From contig NC_045696.1 in NCBI RefSeq assembly GCF_009834535.1, positions 67,644,001 through 67,708,000 on the forward strand: a stretch of 64,000 nucleotides of DNA, in the 5' to 3' direction. The translations under genes and the position numbers were made by a program. A model generated the notes under the pieces. It was not told the origin of the DNA. It made no database searches and saw only the letters and a program-made list of their open reading frames with translations. This DNA comes from Camelus ferus (Eukaryota). Positions 51,861 to 62,930 of this stretch are shown piece after piece (within the stretch, counting starts at the first letter, position 1; each line of letters starts with the position of its first letter).

Positions 51861-51900
51861 TTTAGACTAACTTCTTTCTTTTTGTTCCTTCTCTTCTCAG

Positions 51901-51943
51901 CACCCTACATCTGGCCACAGCCACCTGGATCGTTCCAACAAAT
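51901..51943 (+). other. Candidate 43-nt plus-strand exon behind a consensus 3' splice site
   Basis: GACTAAC at 51865-51871, about 27-nt pyrimidine tract, CAG at 51898-51900; donor AAT|gtaaga at 51944. Confidence 0.3.
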
Positions 51944-53599
51944 GTAAGATTCAAAAGAACTGGTTTTCCTTTTGTTGAGTCAATGAATTTGTCTCCAGTC
52001 AGTTTCATGCCATCTATCACCCATATGCAATGTGTTCCCTGCCAATTGCTGATCCCTTGATTTAAAAACAGCATCATGTCATAGGGCAAAGCCTCACAGA
52101 TGAAGCCAACATATCCTAAATCCTTCATATTCAAAGTTAATCTCCAAACAAGAGACCTTACCAAACCCTGCAAAAGGACATTTATTCCATTTCTTAGTCC
52201 TGCACTGTGTGTGGCTGCAGGAAAGTTGTTGACTACTAAACGTTAACCAAACATCCTATTTTTAGAAGAATATTTAGCTCCATCTTTATAGTGTCTGGAC
52301 TTGTAACTACCCATTTCTCTAACATTAAGCTGAGCCACACAAGAAAATTACTACAGTGATAGTATTTCCAGGGCACACTGAGTCACTGTCCAATGTCTAA
52401 AATGGGAAATAAATAATTTGTGAGGATTTGTTGGCAAATGAGCAGGGCACTCCACTGTCGGTGTTCCGTAGTAAACCTTAGGGTTTAATGTGGGGGAAAT
52501 GCTCTAATGCCCCCAAAAGTGAGATGCTAACTTTTTTTTAAATAATACTTTGGGGCTCAGGAATAAGAAAGTAAGAGTAGGCAGAGGCCAGTATCACCAA
52601 TCATTATCGAGCGTAACTGCTGTAAAAGCAAAGATGCGGTTTGCTTCTGATGGTAACAGGCCTTTTTGGGAGAATGAATGATTGCAGTCACCCCACCCAG
52701 CAACCAGCCAGGAGAGAGGCCAAGGATCAGAGGCCCCAGATTCAAATCCCAGGCCACACAGAAAGAAAAGGGTTTCTATCAGAACAGGCCAAATGTCATA
52801 GCTTTTGTGGGAGGTTGCCCTGACCCACGTGAATTAACAGAAGCCTTGTGTCTGCCCTTTGTCCATCTGAAACCTTCCTTTGCTGCCAACTTTATCTCAA
52901 AAGGAAAAAAAAAAAAATGAAGAAGAAGAAGAAGAAAAAGAAAAACAAAACAACCTGAACCGATTATAGAGGCAATGGTAAGGTACCTGTCTTCACTGTG
53001 GCCAACTCTATTTTGATCAAACTTGAGCTTCTTTTAAGATCGTTCTCCAACAAATACTTCTCTCCAATTTTGATCTTTTCATAGGTGAAGAGAAAGGAAA
53101 GGGATAAAAGAAACAAACAAAACTCAAAATACTATTTACTCTCCCAGCAGAGTAGCGTGGTGTAAGCAAAAATAATAGTTACGCTCATGGGTTCTGAACC
53201 CGCACAGTGTTGCTGTAGAAAATAATTTTAATGGAGAGCCAGAGAGTCTTGCAAAACACATAACGAAGCCGTAATAAAATGGGATACTTATCCTGCTGCT
53301 CCTATTAGACGACTTCCATTCAATGGCTGTAACTAATGGCTTGTTTTTCCTCTGGTATTAGGAGCCCTATTTACTGTGCTGAACATAACATACCTCATTT
53401 TGTTTTCCTAGCCATGCTTGTCTCTTTCACTGATGACTGCAATTCGATATTTATGAAATCACATAAAAATCATGTATAATCTTCCCTATTACTCCTTCCC
53501 AAATTGTATGAAATTATTCAGAGGACAATAGATTAATGTACACTCCAATGCATGTGCCCTTTTCTCTAACCACTTCTAATCGACAGTTTCTATCCTTAA

Positions 53600-53645
53600 C
53601 TCTCTCGCTCTCTAGCTCTCCCCCTCTCTCCCTCTCTCTCTCTCT
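53600..53645. repeat. Imperfect (TC)n tract
   Basis: Read directly from the sequence. Confidence 0.8.
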
Positions 53646-54136
53646 GGCTAGAGAACACACTGTACTTTGGAGATAATTGACTGTGGAATATGATGATGTT
53701 TATTCAAAAACAGGTCACACAGACTGCAATTTGAGAGTCTTCCTTTATCCTCCTTACTTACTCTCATCCAAGGGAAATGCATAATACCGTTTCCTGCAAA
53801 TCAGAAATATGGATCCTTAATTACTTCTTTAGATTTAACCTACTGAGAAAAATCCACTGCAAATGTACCCTCCTCCCTTGAGATTGGCGACATTTAGAAA
53901 ACTAACTTCCGATTATTCATGTGGAACAAACTGGGATGAGATAGAGCATGCACTCATATCATTTTAACAGTATGTTCTACTTTTTCTAAACAAACACATC
54001 ATGGCATTTAGACTTTCTTTACTCAGGAAAAACACAAATGGAGAGTAACTGCTAGCTGGGAAGCTGTGGTCGAGGTGAGGGAATCTTGGGCTATTAATAA
54101 TCTCTGGCGCGGTGTGGACATCAAGACTGGTCTTTG

Positions 54137-54336
54137 GTGGCGGGGGGTACTGGGGTGGGTGCTGGATAGCCCAGTGGTAGAGCACTTGCTTTGCATGCAC
54201 GAGGTCCTGGGTTCAATCCCCAGTCCCTCCATTAAAAATAAACAAACAAACAAACAAATCTTAATACTGCCTTCCCTACCCCAAAAAAACTACAAAAAAG
54301 AATTTTTTTAAAAATTAAAAACAACAATAACAACAA
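54137..54336 (+). mobile_element. Camelid tRNA-derived SINE (Vic-1 type) with perfect 14-bp TSD
   Basis: 'atagcccagtggtagagcacttgctttgcatgcacgaggtcctgggttcaatccccag' and A-rich tail; AAGACTGGTCTTTG at 54123-54136 and 54337-54350. Confidence 0.92.
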
Positions 54337-54764
54337 AAGACTGGTCTTTGACCTGAGGTTAAAGCTTTTTCTTCTGTCTGCTGCAAGTTAGTGTAATTCT
54401 GACTGATTCAAGTAAAAAATGGAGTTGTCCGAAAAGCAATGAGAATTCTTCCACTGAAAGTGTACCTGTGTAAATCATTTATGCTGTAAAAAAAAAAGTA
54501 ACCAAGTTGAATGGGTTGAACTTCACCTTTTAAGGTGACTTTCATGGGCTGTCATTAGGGATCTAGCTCTCAATCTATAATACCATTCACCTTTCATGTC
54601 ACAGACCCGGGCTAGGCCCTGGGTAGAGCAGGTGACTAGTAGCATATTGTCCCTCTACCACAAACACAAAAGAGTCCATCACTTTCCTGCCGCTTCTCAG
54701 TGTAGTCTCACATAGGCCTGTGTTTAGGAAACGGGGGTAAATCACAATCACCTCATTCCACTGT

Positions 54765-54945
54765 AGTCATTTAACAAATGTGTACGAGGTACTGGCTAGG
54801 TGCTCAGAAATGTGCTAGGTACTAGAAACATGAATGAAATGAGATATAAACCTGGACTCTGGTTATAAGAAGTTAAGAACTATGGATTTTTACAACATTG
54901 TAAATCAATTATATGTCAATAAAAAACTTAAAAAGAAAAAAGAAC
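54765..54945. mobile_element. L2 fragment (minus, about 54765-54875) followed by a tiny artiodactyl-type L1 3' terminus (plus, about 54890-54945)
   Basis: 'catttaacaaatgtgtacgagg...tgtgctaggtactag'; 'acaacattgtaaatcaattatatgtcaataaaaaa'. Confidence 0.65.
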
Positions 54946-55094
54946 AACTAGAATAGCATCACTTGACACATCATCATTGCTATTTCCTTGGTACTCTACT
55001 TACAGAAGTTCTCAATGAATCTGAGGTAAATACTAAGCATGTAGACTCATCGCTTCTTTAGGTACTTGTTTAAAAAAAAAAAAAGAGTCCAGTC

Positions 55095-55220
55095 TCCTTG
55101 TTTTACAAAACAGTGGAAAAGAGAGATGATTTGCCTAAAATCACTTATGGATTATTAACTGGAACTAGAGTCCAGGACTTTTGAAATAGAAAAGTTCTCT
55201 TTCCTACATCCCACACCACT
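55095..55220 (-). mobile_element. MIR SINE fragment
   Basis: 'tgttttacaaaa...gatgatttgcctaaaatcac...ctggaactagagtccaggac...tctttcctacatcccac'. Confidence 0.55.
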
Positions 55221-57149
55221 TCATTTTTTAAATTCAGCTTGGTCACTTAACCAGTATTTAAATGGCCTTAACCAACATTTACTGAGAGTTTACTGTGCCA
55301 TTTGAGAGATTCTAAGTTGAGGAATAACTGTTTATTATTTCAGTAGAGGTACACACCATTCTTCCATCCCTGAAGGCATCCTCTCATTCCTCATGGCATC
55401 AAATTACAAAAAAAGAGCACTTCTAGATTTCAGTATATCAGAAATGGTACATGGGATGCTGGTTTCCTGAGGCAATTCCCAGGCGCTGCATACTCAGAGT
55501 GGAGCACCCCAGGGACTCAAGGAGTGTTGTCTGTATTTCCCTGGAATGCACGTGTTCAGCCCTCACATGGTTCGGAACGCCCTGAGCATGTCACAATAGT
55601 CTGACAAAGCCTGCCATCACAACATTTAGGGGGGAACTAGAACCAAACGTACTGGGAACCTCTCGAGAACAAGCTGTCTTGTGAGACCTATGCTCCACAA
55701 TTCAAAAGAAAGTGCTTGCAAAACACATCCAAACTCTGTCTGGGTGGAGGCAATGCAGGCTTTCCAAGCTACCCAAGGAGCTCTGTCACAAAAGGGAACC
55801 TTCTGACAACCCAGGATGTGAGATCAGAGGCTTCTGAAAGCTCACAACAGCCTTCCAGATGTCTATGAAATGAACACTGACCACACACAAAAGAATGCAT
55901 ATTTTAAGTGCAGAGTTTCAACATGGAGCCTATGAAGTTTGTAACGAGGAACAAGAATAACTTCAATCCAGCTACAAAGTCTCTGCGATGTCCTCGGTTA
56001 GGGAGATGGAGAGGCTGCGGAGAGCCAGAGCTGAACGGTGGGCTGGGAGACCCTGTTCTTGTCTCCGGTCTGTCTTCTACACCTAAGTGGCCTGAGCGCA
56101 TGGCTCTAAGCGTTAGTTTCCTTGCCTACTTCTCACCGACCGACATCTTTGTGAGCAGGGACTGTATCTCCTCCATTTGGGTACATGCAGCACCCAGCTG
56201 CATAAAACCCCTCTCTCAGGCTCAAGTTTAGTTCAGCCAAGAAAATATCAGGGTGGCTACTCAAATGTCTGAGAAAAGGGAGGACAAGGAAGAAAGCTTT
56301 GATTCCGGAATCTGAGGCCCTAAGTGCTTCCCGGTGCTTTCCTTTTATTACGGTTTATGTAACTGCACTTTATATGGAACATTTTCATTCAGTCTTTTGT
56401 ACAGATTCCCTCAGAGTGTATCTTGGGCTGAACCGCTAGACTGATGGAAGCAGGTAGTACCGTTCTGGTCTCACTGAGCTACGTGGTTTATCTGACAGTC
56501 CCACGGCAGACAGAGTGAGCCATGTCTGGAACAGAGCAAAACATGAGATCACAGAGCTAAAAGCCTTTAAACGAATTCTCATGACCAAGAGCGAAAGAGT
56601 AAAAAGGAAGAATGCTGTATTGCATTATAGAATATTTTGATGAGGCATCAAAGACAGACCTGTGACAGTTTGAAGGATTGCTATATGAGTGATACACAGA
56701 TACATTTTTCAATTATATCCCTGCCATTTTACTTGTAAATATTGTGACTGCATTACTTGCCATTTGTCAGAAGAGTGATTGATTCTTTTTATTGGCATAT
56801 TCCCTTCACCCCACCCAACTTTATTTTAATATACTCATGCCATTAGAATAAGTTATCTGGAAAAAAAATTACCACAGGGAGTAAAATTATGTAAGATCTA
56901 AATGCATCTGAGACAAAAGTGTTCATTCACTATAAATGGAAGAGTAGTCTCTGGATAGTCTTTCCTATTATTAGTCCTAAAAACTCAGTACACAGACAGC
57001 CACTCTCACCAAAGAGCAGTATTAACAGTGCTCACAGGTCTGCTATCTGTCACCATTAAACCTGACAATACTAGTTTTGTCAGCAACTGATTCATCATTA
57101 CTTTTACTCTTCAAATTGCAGTAAGGACAGTCATGGAAGCCAAGACAAA

Positions 57150-57310
57150 ATCAATACATTTGCTGAACACATGCTCTGTGCAAAGACCTGTGTTCCAGCA
57201 GTGAAGTGGGGGGCAACCTGGCCGGGTTGTTTACACTGGTTGGTGTAAGATATGGTGTATTTCTCCACACAGTTCCTTACTCTCAAGCGACTCACAATCT
57301 AGTATGTTGA
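57150..57310 (-). mobile_element. L2 3' fragment
   Basis: 'caatacatttgctgaacacatgctctgtgcaag...cagttccttactctcaagcgactcacaatctag'. Confidence 0.6.
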
Positions 57311-58094
57311 CAGCAAAACGCCTTTTTCACAAAGACTAAAGTAACCAACATTTCTATACGACTTGGCAGAATCATGCGAAGATGACTGAACATTCACAGG
57401 TCCCTACTGGTTCCTGCTGGTTCTGTCACCAGGTCACACGAGGTGATGCTGGGCCAACCACCTGCCTCACACGGCATGTGGATGTGACACTTAGCTAGAC
57501 TGTTTTCCCTCTGGGCTACAGAAAGCTCAGAAAGAAGGCCATGCCTGGACTCCACGGGTGAGAGAAGGGTCACTAGAATACCCAAAACAAAGGAGCACAG
57601 GAGGGTGAGAAAAAGAAGACAACACAAGCAAATGCTAAACTTGGGAGAGTTGAGAACAAGTGAGAGAGAAAAACAGCAAGTCAAAAATGGAGCATCAATG
57701 TTGCTACCAAATATCATCGAAGAATAGATTCTACTCCTCCATGGGTGCTAGCATTGAAACCAGGGTCTTAGTGAAAGGGTTGTCTGAAGTCTACTTCTGG
57801 TGAAGAGGACAAAGCTATTAGCTTAATTCCTTCAGATGCTGTTGCAGAAACGACTTATGGGATGTGATCCGATGTCCTGAACCTTGAGTCTTCAAAGAGG
57901 CATCACACCATGGAGGACACTTCTCAAAAGCACTGAAGTGGCCACCAAATCAGTGATTTCCCTTAGCTCGTTTGTTTTGACCATGCAACCAAACAAAACT
58001 TGCAATGTTAGACACAGAAAACTTTGAAGAGGTGCAGCCATTTGCAGCATCAGGTCTCTGGAAGGCCGTTTTGGCTTCCCAGTATCACCAATCC

Positions 58095-58340
58095 CAATCC
58101 CACTCATCCTTTAGGCCAGTCCAAATACTGCTTCCTCATAAAGCCTTCCCTGATCACTCCGCTGAATGTGACCCTAAATTATCTGATGCCAGTAAATTTT
58201 ATCTTTAACAGCTTTGGTTACCCATCACTTTATACCTGTGCTGTAGACATCATCATGTGCGTCTCATCTCTCCCAACACAGGGTCTGGAATGTGGGATGC
58301 ATGGAGTAAATATTTGAGAAAGAGAGATATGCAAGGAGGG
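58095..58340 (+). mobile_element. L2 3' fragment
   Basis: 'cactcatcctttaggcc...cttcctcataaagccttccctgatc...cacagggtctggaatgtgggatgc...taaatatttg'. Confidence 0.6.
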
Positions 58341-58649
58341 AAGGAGGAGGGAAGGCGGGGAGTAACTCTTCCCAAGCAAATACCCAGAGTAGAAAAAACA
58401 CTTTCAAGTGAACGCAGATTGACAAGAAAGAAAATCAAACTTCAGGGCCCCTCACTTCCTTTGGTCCCTTCTAAGGTCCCGGGAGGGGCCCAAGCAGTGC
58501 ACTCCCTGCTGTCTCTTTCCATTCTGATGAGATGAGTGGAGGGCGCATTTAGTTGAGCATATAGTGGGATACATTTACATGGTTTGCTGTCACTATGGTG
58601 TGATCGTCAGGTATCGCCAATGATCACTGTGTAGGAACGACTTCCTGGC

Positions 58650-59915
58650 ATACTATTAATGCCCCTGGGCCCACTCCTCTCTTAGCTATAGGACTCAGGG
58701 ATCTGGAGCCAGAAATGACATGAATGTGTCCTATAACACCCAGCATAGGGATTATGCTAGTAGAGGAGAGAAACAGGGTGTGAAATGTATGCAGCCAGAA
58801 GCTATGCCGCTATGTCAGTCGAACGTTCTGCCAATTGTCAGATGTGTAAAAGCAGACACACAGGGAGGACGACTCTACTCAGTGATGCAAAAAAAGGATG
58901 CTTTCTCTTATCAGGAATGGCCTCAACAGTGCACTGGGAGCAATTATAAATGCGCCACTGACAATTTTCTTTTGTGATGTGGATTTCACAAAATGGAATT
59001 TATCCATGTATGAACTTACAGCAATAGTACAAGTATTTTTGCAACAGCTTTCAGGTTAAAGAAACTTGATAGCAGTTTCCCCAAATTTGACAATCATCTT
59101 AAGTTTTATGACATTACCAATAAAAGTTGTACAGATTAAAGAAAGATTTCCAAACTTTTAATAATAATAAATAATACATTTATATCAACCATGCTAGAGG
59201 AAAGAGTAAAATTATCTATCTATATATCTTTCTTCCCACAGAAAATATTGCAAAATTAGGTTTCATGGAGAGCTGACCAGAGAGCATGTAGCCACAAAAT
59301 GTAAGAAAAAGTCACCCGACATTTAATTAATTAACTAAAATGATATTCTTCTGGATTTTATGATGTTTGTCACATTTCACAGCTTTTTAAAATCAATTTA
59401 AAATGTGTTTCATTTGCTTTTCTCATTTGAAATAAATATTCCTTTTCTAACATAATTGTTATGGGATGAATGAGGTCCTCCCCTCAAATTCATATGAAGT
59501 ACCCCAGGACTGTAGAATGTCACTGTAATTTGGAAAAGGGGTCTTCAAAGAGACAATGACGTTAAAATGAGATTGTGAGGTTGGGCCTGATCCTGATGTC
59601 ACTCTAAGAGGAGGAGACCAGGACCCAGGTGCACACAGAGACAGAACAAGCGAGGACATGAGGCGAAGACACCCCTCCATAAGCCGAGGAGAGAGGGCTC
59701 AGAAGAAGCCAACCCTGCCAACACCCCGACCTCAGAATCCCAGCCTCCAGAAACGTGAAAAAATTCATTTCCATGGATTAAGCCACCCAGTCCGTGCTAC
59801 TTTGCTATGGCAGCCCTAGCAAGCTAACACAGTGACTTTCTGATCACAGTTTTGTGTTTTTAAAAGAAGTGCCCCCAAAGTGGTAAGCTTCAGAGTTTAG
59901 GTCCCACAGAATTTG
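58650..59915 (+). mobile_element. Zaphod-like hAT-Tip100 DNA transposon fossil with transposase C-terminal remnant, split by an MLT1 LTR
   Basis: 59077-59250 reads FPNLTII..MTLP..ER(F)..STMLEER across frameshifts, like the hAT dimerisation domain; terminal 'cccccaaa..taagcttcag..cccaca' lies after the LTR; 5' boundary uncertain. Confidence 0.7.
59457..59831 (+). mobile_element. MLT1A/B-like ERVL-MaLR solo LTR
   Basis: 'tgttatgggatgaatg...ccctcaaattcatatg...gccaaccctgccaacacc...ccagcctccagaa...taagccacccagtc...gcagccctagcaagctaacaca'. Confidence 0.92.
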
Positions 59916-59925
59916 AATATATCTC

Positions 59926-59926
<1 letters not shown>

Positions 59927-59962
<36 letters not shown>
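59927..59962. repeat. (AC)18 microsatellite
   Basis: Read directly from the sequence. Confidence 0.95.
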
Positions 59963-59964
<2 letters not shown>

Positions 59965-60409
59965 CCTTCACTATTCACCTTTCGGTATATTAACTGTAGA
60001 GGTTAAAGCCAATGCTGTTTTGTCAGAAATTCTTATTTTTTATACACACTTGTTGATAAAATCTTTCCATCCTGAACAGCCTTTTATTTTGTAGTAACCA
60101 CTACATGGTCAATAGGGTTCAATCATTTAATCGAAAGGTTAATTTGGCTTCTGAGGTTTGTGTAACCTTATCATCTACAGTCACTGCCCGCAGACCCTTC
60201 TCAGACCAAGTACTATCACCAGATATCAGCCCAAGCCTTTCACTCACTGTCCTGTTTAGTGAATTTCTTATATTTCAATCTAAATGTTAAGCAACCAGAG
60301 GAGGCGTTCTGTAAACAAAAACGCTGGGAACTGCAATTTCTTTTAGCTCTGCGTTTCATGCCATGGATTTTATAGACAAGGAATAAGGATTCTATGATTT
60401 ACATAGTGT

Positions 60410-60730
60410 GCAAATTGGGAAGTGACTCAACTTCTCTAAAATTGTGTCATCATCTGTAAAAGAGGGTAACCGTCTATTCTCTGTCCACCTCAACAAGTTT
60501 TGTTTTGGTTTCAGAAGCAGATGAGATAATGGATATGAAAATACGTCACATTCAAAAGTTCACTGTTAATTTATCAAAGGCAATGATAAATTACCTATCA
60601 ATGTAGTCACAGAATCGCCCTCAATCTCCCAAATTTAGAGGTTTAAGAATTGTTTTGAAGTCCTACCTCTGCTGTGAGACCTTGGACAGTCATTCTCTGG
60701 GTCTTAATTTCTTGTAAATGGGCAGGATGG
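60410..60730 (+). mobile_element. Two MIR fragments (about 60410-60565 and 60640-60730)
   Basis: 'gggaagtgactcaacttctct...catctgtaaaagaggg...atgagataatggatatgaaa'; 'ctctgctgtgagaccttggaca'. Confidence 0.65.
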
Positions 60731-62029
60731 TTTCTTAGGAAATCAAAGGAACACATTTGTTTCATCTCCGATAGCCTAAAAAAATCTATGAACTCCTCAT
60801 CGCTGAGAAAACTTTTGTAGTAAATTTTTACGTTCCTTTGACTTTGTAATTGGTTAACACTTGAAGTAGAAAACTAGACTTCTGTTTTTAATAGAAAATG
60901 CTAACATTAAAAGCATGGATATAAGCATAGAATCAGAGGATATAAAATGGAAACCAATGACGTCCTCACAGGATAACGTCTTACAAAAGGAAAGGGTCCT
61001 TTGTAAACATGATCCATGCAGTTAAAAAAAAGGCAAGAAAGCAAGCAGCAGTAACAGCACACTTGTGCCTACCTCCCTATTAATAGCCCGGTACTAGAAC
61101 GTGCAGAACCGCCGCAGAAGGCTGAACAGCCCTGGTGTCTCACGTGGTCAAGTCCACACTTCCACGGTTGTCTAAATAAGGCTTTCCAACCAAACTTGGC
61201 CTAGGCTCACTCACTTGGCATTTCTTCTGTAGGAATGCGACTCAGTGTTCTCCCCAAGGATTTCAAGAAGGACAGTTTGGGATATTTACTGATGGATTTA
61301 ATCCTCTCTCAGGATAGGCTCATCGTGGATCAATGGTGAATATCATGAGTAAATGGAACATTCACTTCATCTGACTTTACACTTCAGATATAAATGGGCT
61401 GGGCTTTACAGCTTATTTTTTAACATTTTCTTTCTGCTTACCCTCTTCTGACCAGCTCTTCACCGACAACATCAATTATTCAGGCAAATGTACAAAACAG
61501 TGTCACCCCTGGCATTTGGCAAGCAGTTCACATGTTTGGGGGAAATCATATCACACCTGAAAACCTGGGCATGTTAGTTTTGTTACATGTCTTTCTTCCT
61601 CACTTGGAAACACTGTGCTGATGCCACACACTGGCTTTGAGGAGACCTTCATCTTCATGCAACTTGTCTTGCATCTCTCAGAGCTCAGTAGTACCTTCCT
61701 CCCTGAGGTTCAGGGTTATTGGCTGGATTCTCATCTATGACATTTCATTTAGCTCAATCCCATAATCCACCATCACACCCCTCATGCTGCCAGTTGCTTC
61801 ATAAGTGCCTGGCAGGACAGACCAGTAGATGAGCCAAGAGATGAGCTTATTTCCTTACTAGGAAAATAATTAGGAAGATCTCCTAGGCAGATAACCTCCC
61901 AATAGCCTCATGCTAAGAAGAGGGATGAGCTTAGCATATGGGTCCTACTCAAGATCAGAAGAGAACTTGATTCAAGGTTTAAATCTGGGTTGCTGCACAT
62001 CGGTGAGGATGCTTGCTAACAACCTTTCA

Positions 62030-62240
62030 CAGAGAGACAGTGTAGTATCACGATAAGAGCTTGGGTCATGTGGTCTCGGGCAAGCAACCTAATCCCTCTC
62101 TGTCTCAGCTTCCCACTCAGTGAAAACTCAGGATATTAACAGTATTTTCTATTATACCTTCTGCAAGGACTGAATGAGCCAGTAACCATGAAGGCATTAC
62201 AAAGAAAAATCATAACTTGTCTTAGGTGGTATCTAGTACT
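62030..62240 (+). mobile_element. MIR SINE
   Basis: 'agacagtgtagtatc..gataagagcttggg...tcgggcaagcaacctaatccctctctgtctcagcttccc'. Confidence 0.7.
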
Positions 62241-62249
62241 CATACTTCA

Positions 62250-62382
62250 GAGCAGGTTTTAAAACTTCAGACTACACAGCCATTTTTCCACACTAGCATT
62301 TTAAGCATGAAGTTCCCCAAGTGATTAGAATATGCTTCCTAAGGAGACATGGGATTCCAGTAGTTAAAAATCACTCTTGCTA
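62250..62382. mobile_element. MER5-like hAT remnant
   Basis: 'gcaggttttaaaactt...gcattttaa...agttccccaagtgatt...gttaaaaatcact'. Confidence 0.4.
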
Positions 62383-62669
62383 ATATAGAACATTCATTAG
62401 GTATTACTTACCTACTAACTTTGGCAATTAACAAAAAGTTATGTTAGGGTCTTTACTGTGCACGCTTGTCTTTATGCTGTCACATGCAAAGATACAAATG
62501 GTGGGCCAGACTTTAAACTGATCTCATTTTTAGAGGTAGATGGCTAGAAACATGGAGAATCAGAATGGCAGTCAATTAATACTGAAACAAATCTAAGTTA
62601 AGGAAGATCTTTTATTCCCCAGCCATTAGAGGCTCTGGACAATTACACAATTGGTCTTGCCTACTTTCT

Positions 62670-62930
62670 CACCCTTCATTTCCATCAATTCAAGACTAAT
62701 CGAGGTCACATCCAACATGAAACTTTGCAAAACTGATTCACTCACCTCTTCTGAAGATCATTAGAACTTTCTCAAGGGCTTTCTTTTAACATTTATGATT
62801 CCTGTTTTGTGTGAACTATCTGTCTATAAGTATCTGATCATGGCGGGAAATGCTCTACTCTCTAAACAAGTGGGGATGTTAGCTCTATTTTTTTTTGTAT
62901 AATATTTCACACTGATCAATAAGAAGGTAA
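62670..62930 (+). mobile_element. L2 fragment
   Basis: 'tccatcaattcaagact...aggtcacatcc..catgaaact'. Confidence 0.4.

Noticed and set aside
54165..54232. tRNA gene (A/B boxes, TGC anticodon-like loop); likewise 49795-49864
   Set aside because: The A-rich tail and TSDs show these are tRNA-derived SINEs
61215..61226. 12-nt minus-strand micro-exon (ctacag|AAGAAATGCCAA|gtgagt)
   Set aside because: The upstream region is purine-rich with essentially no pyrimidine tract
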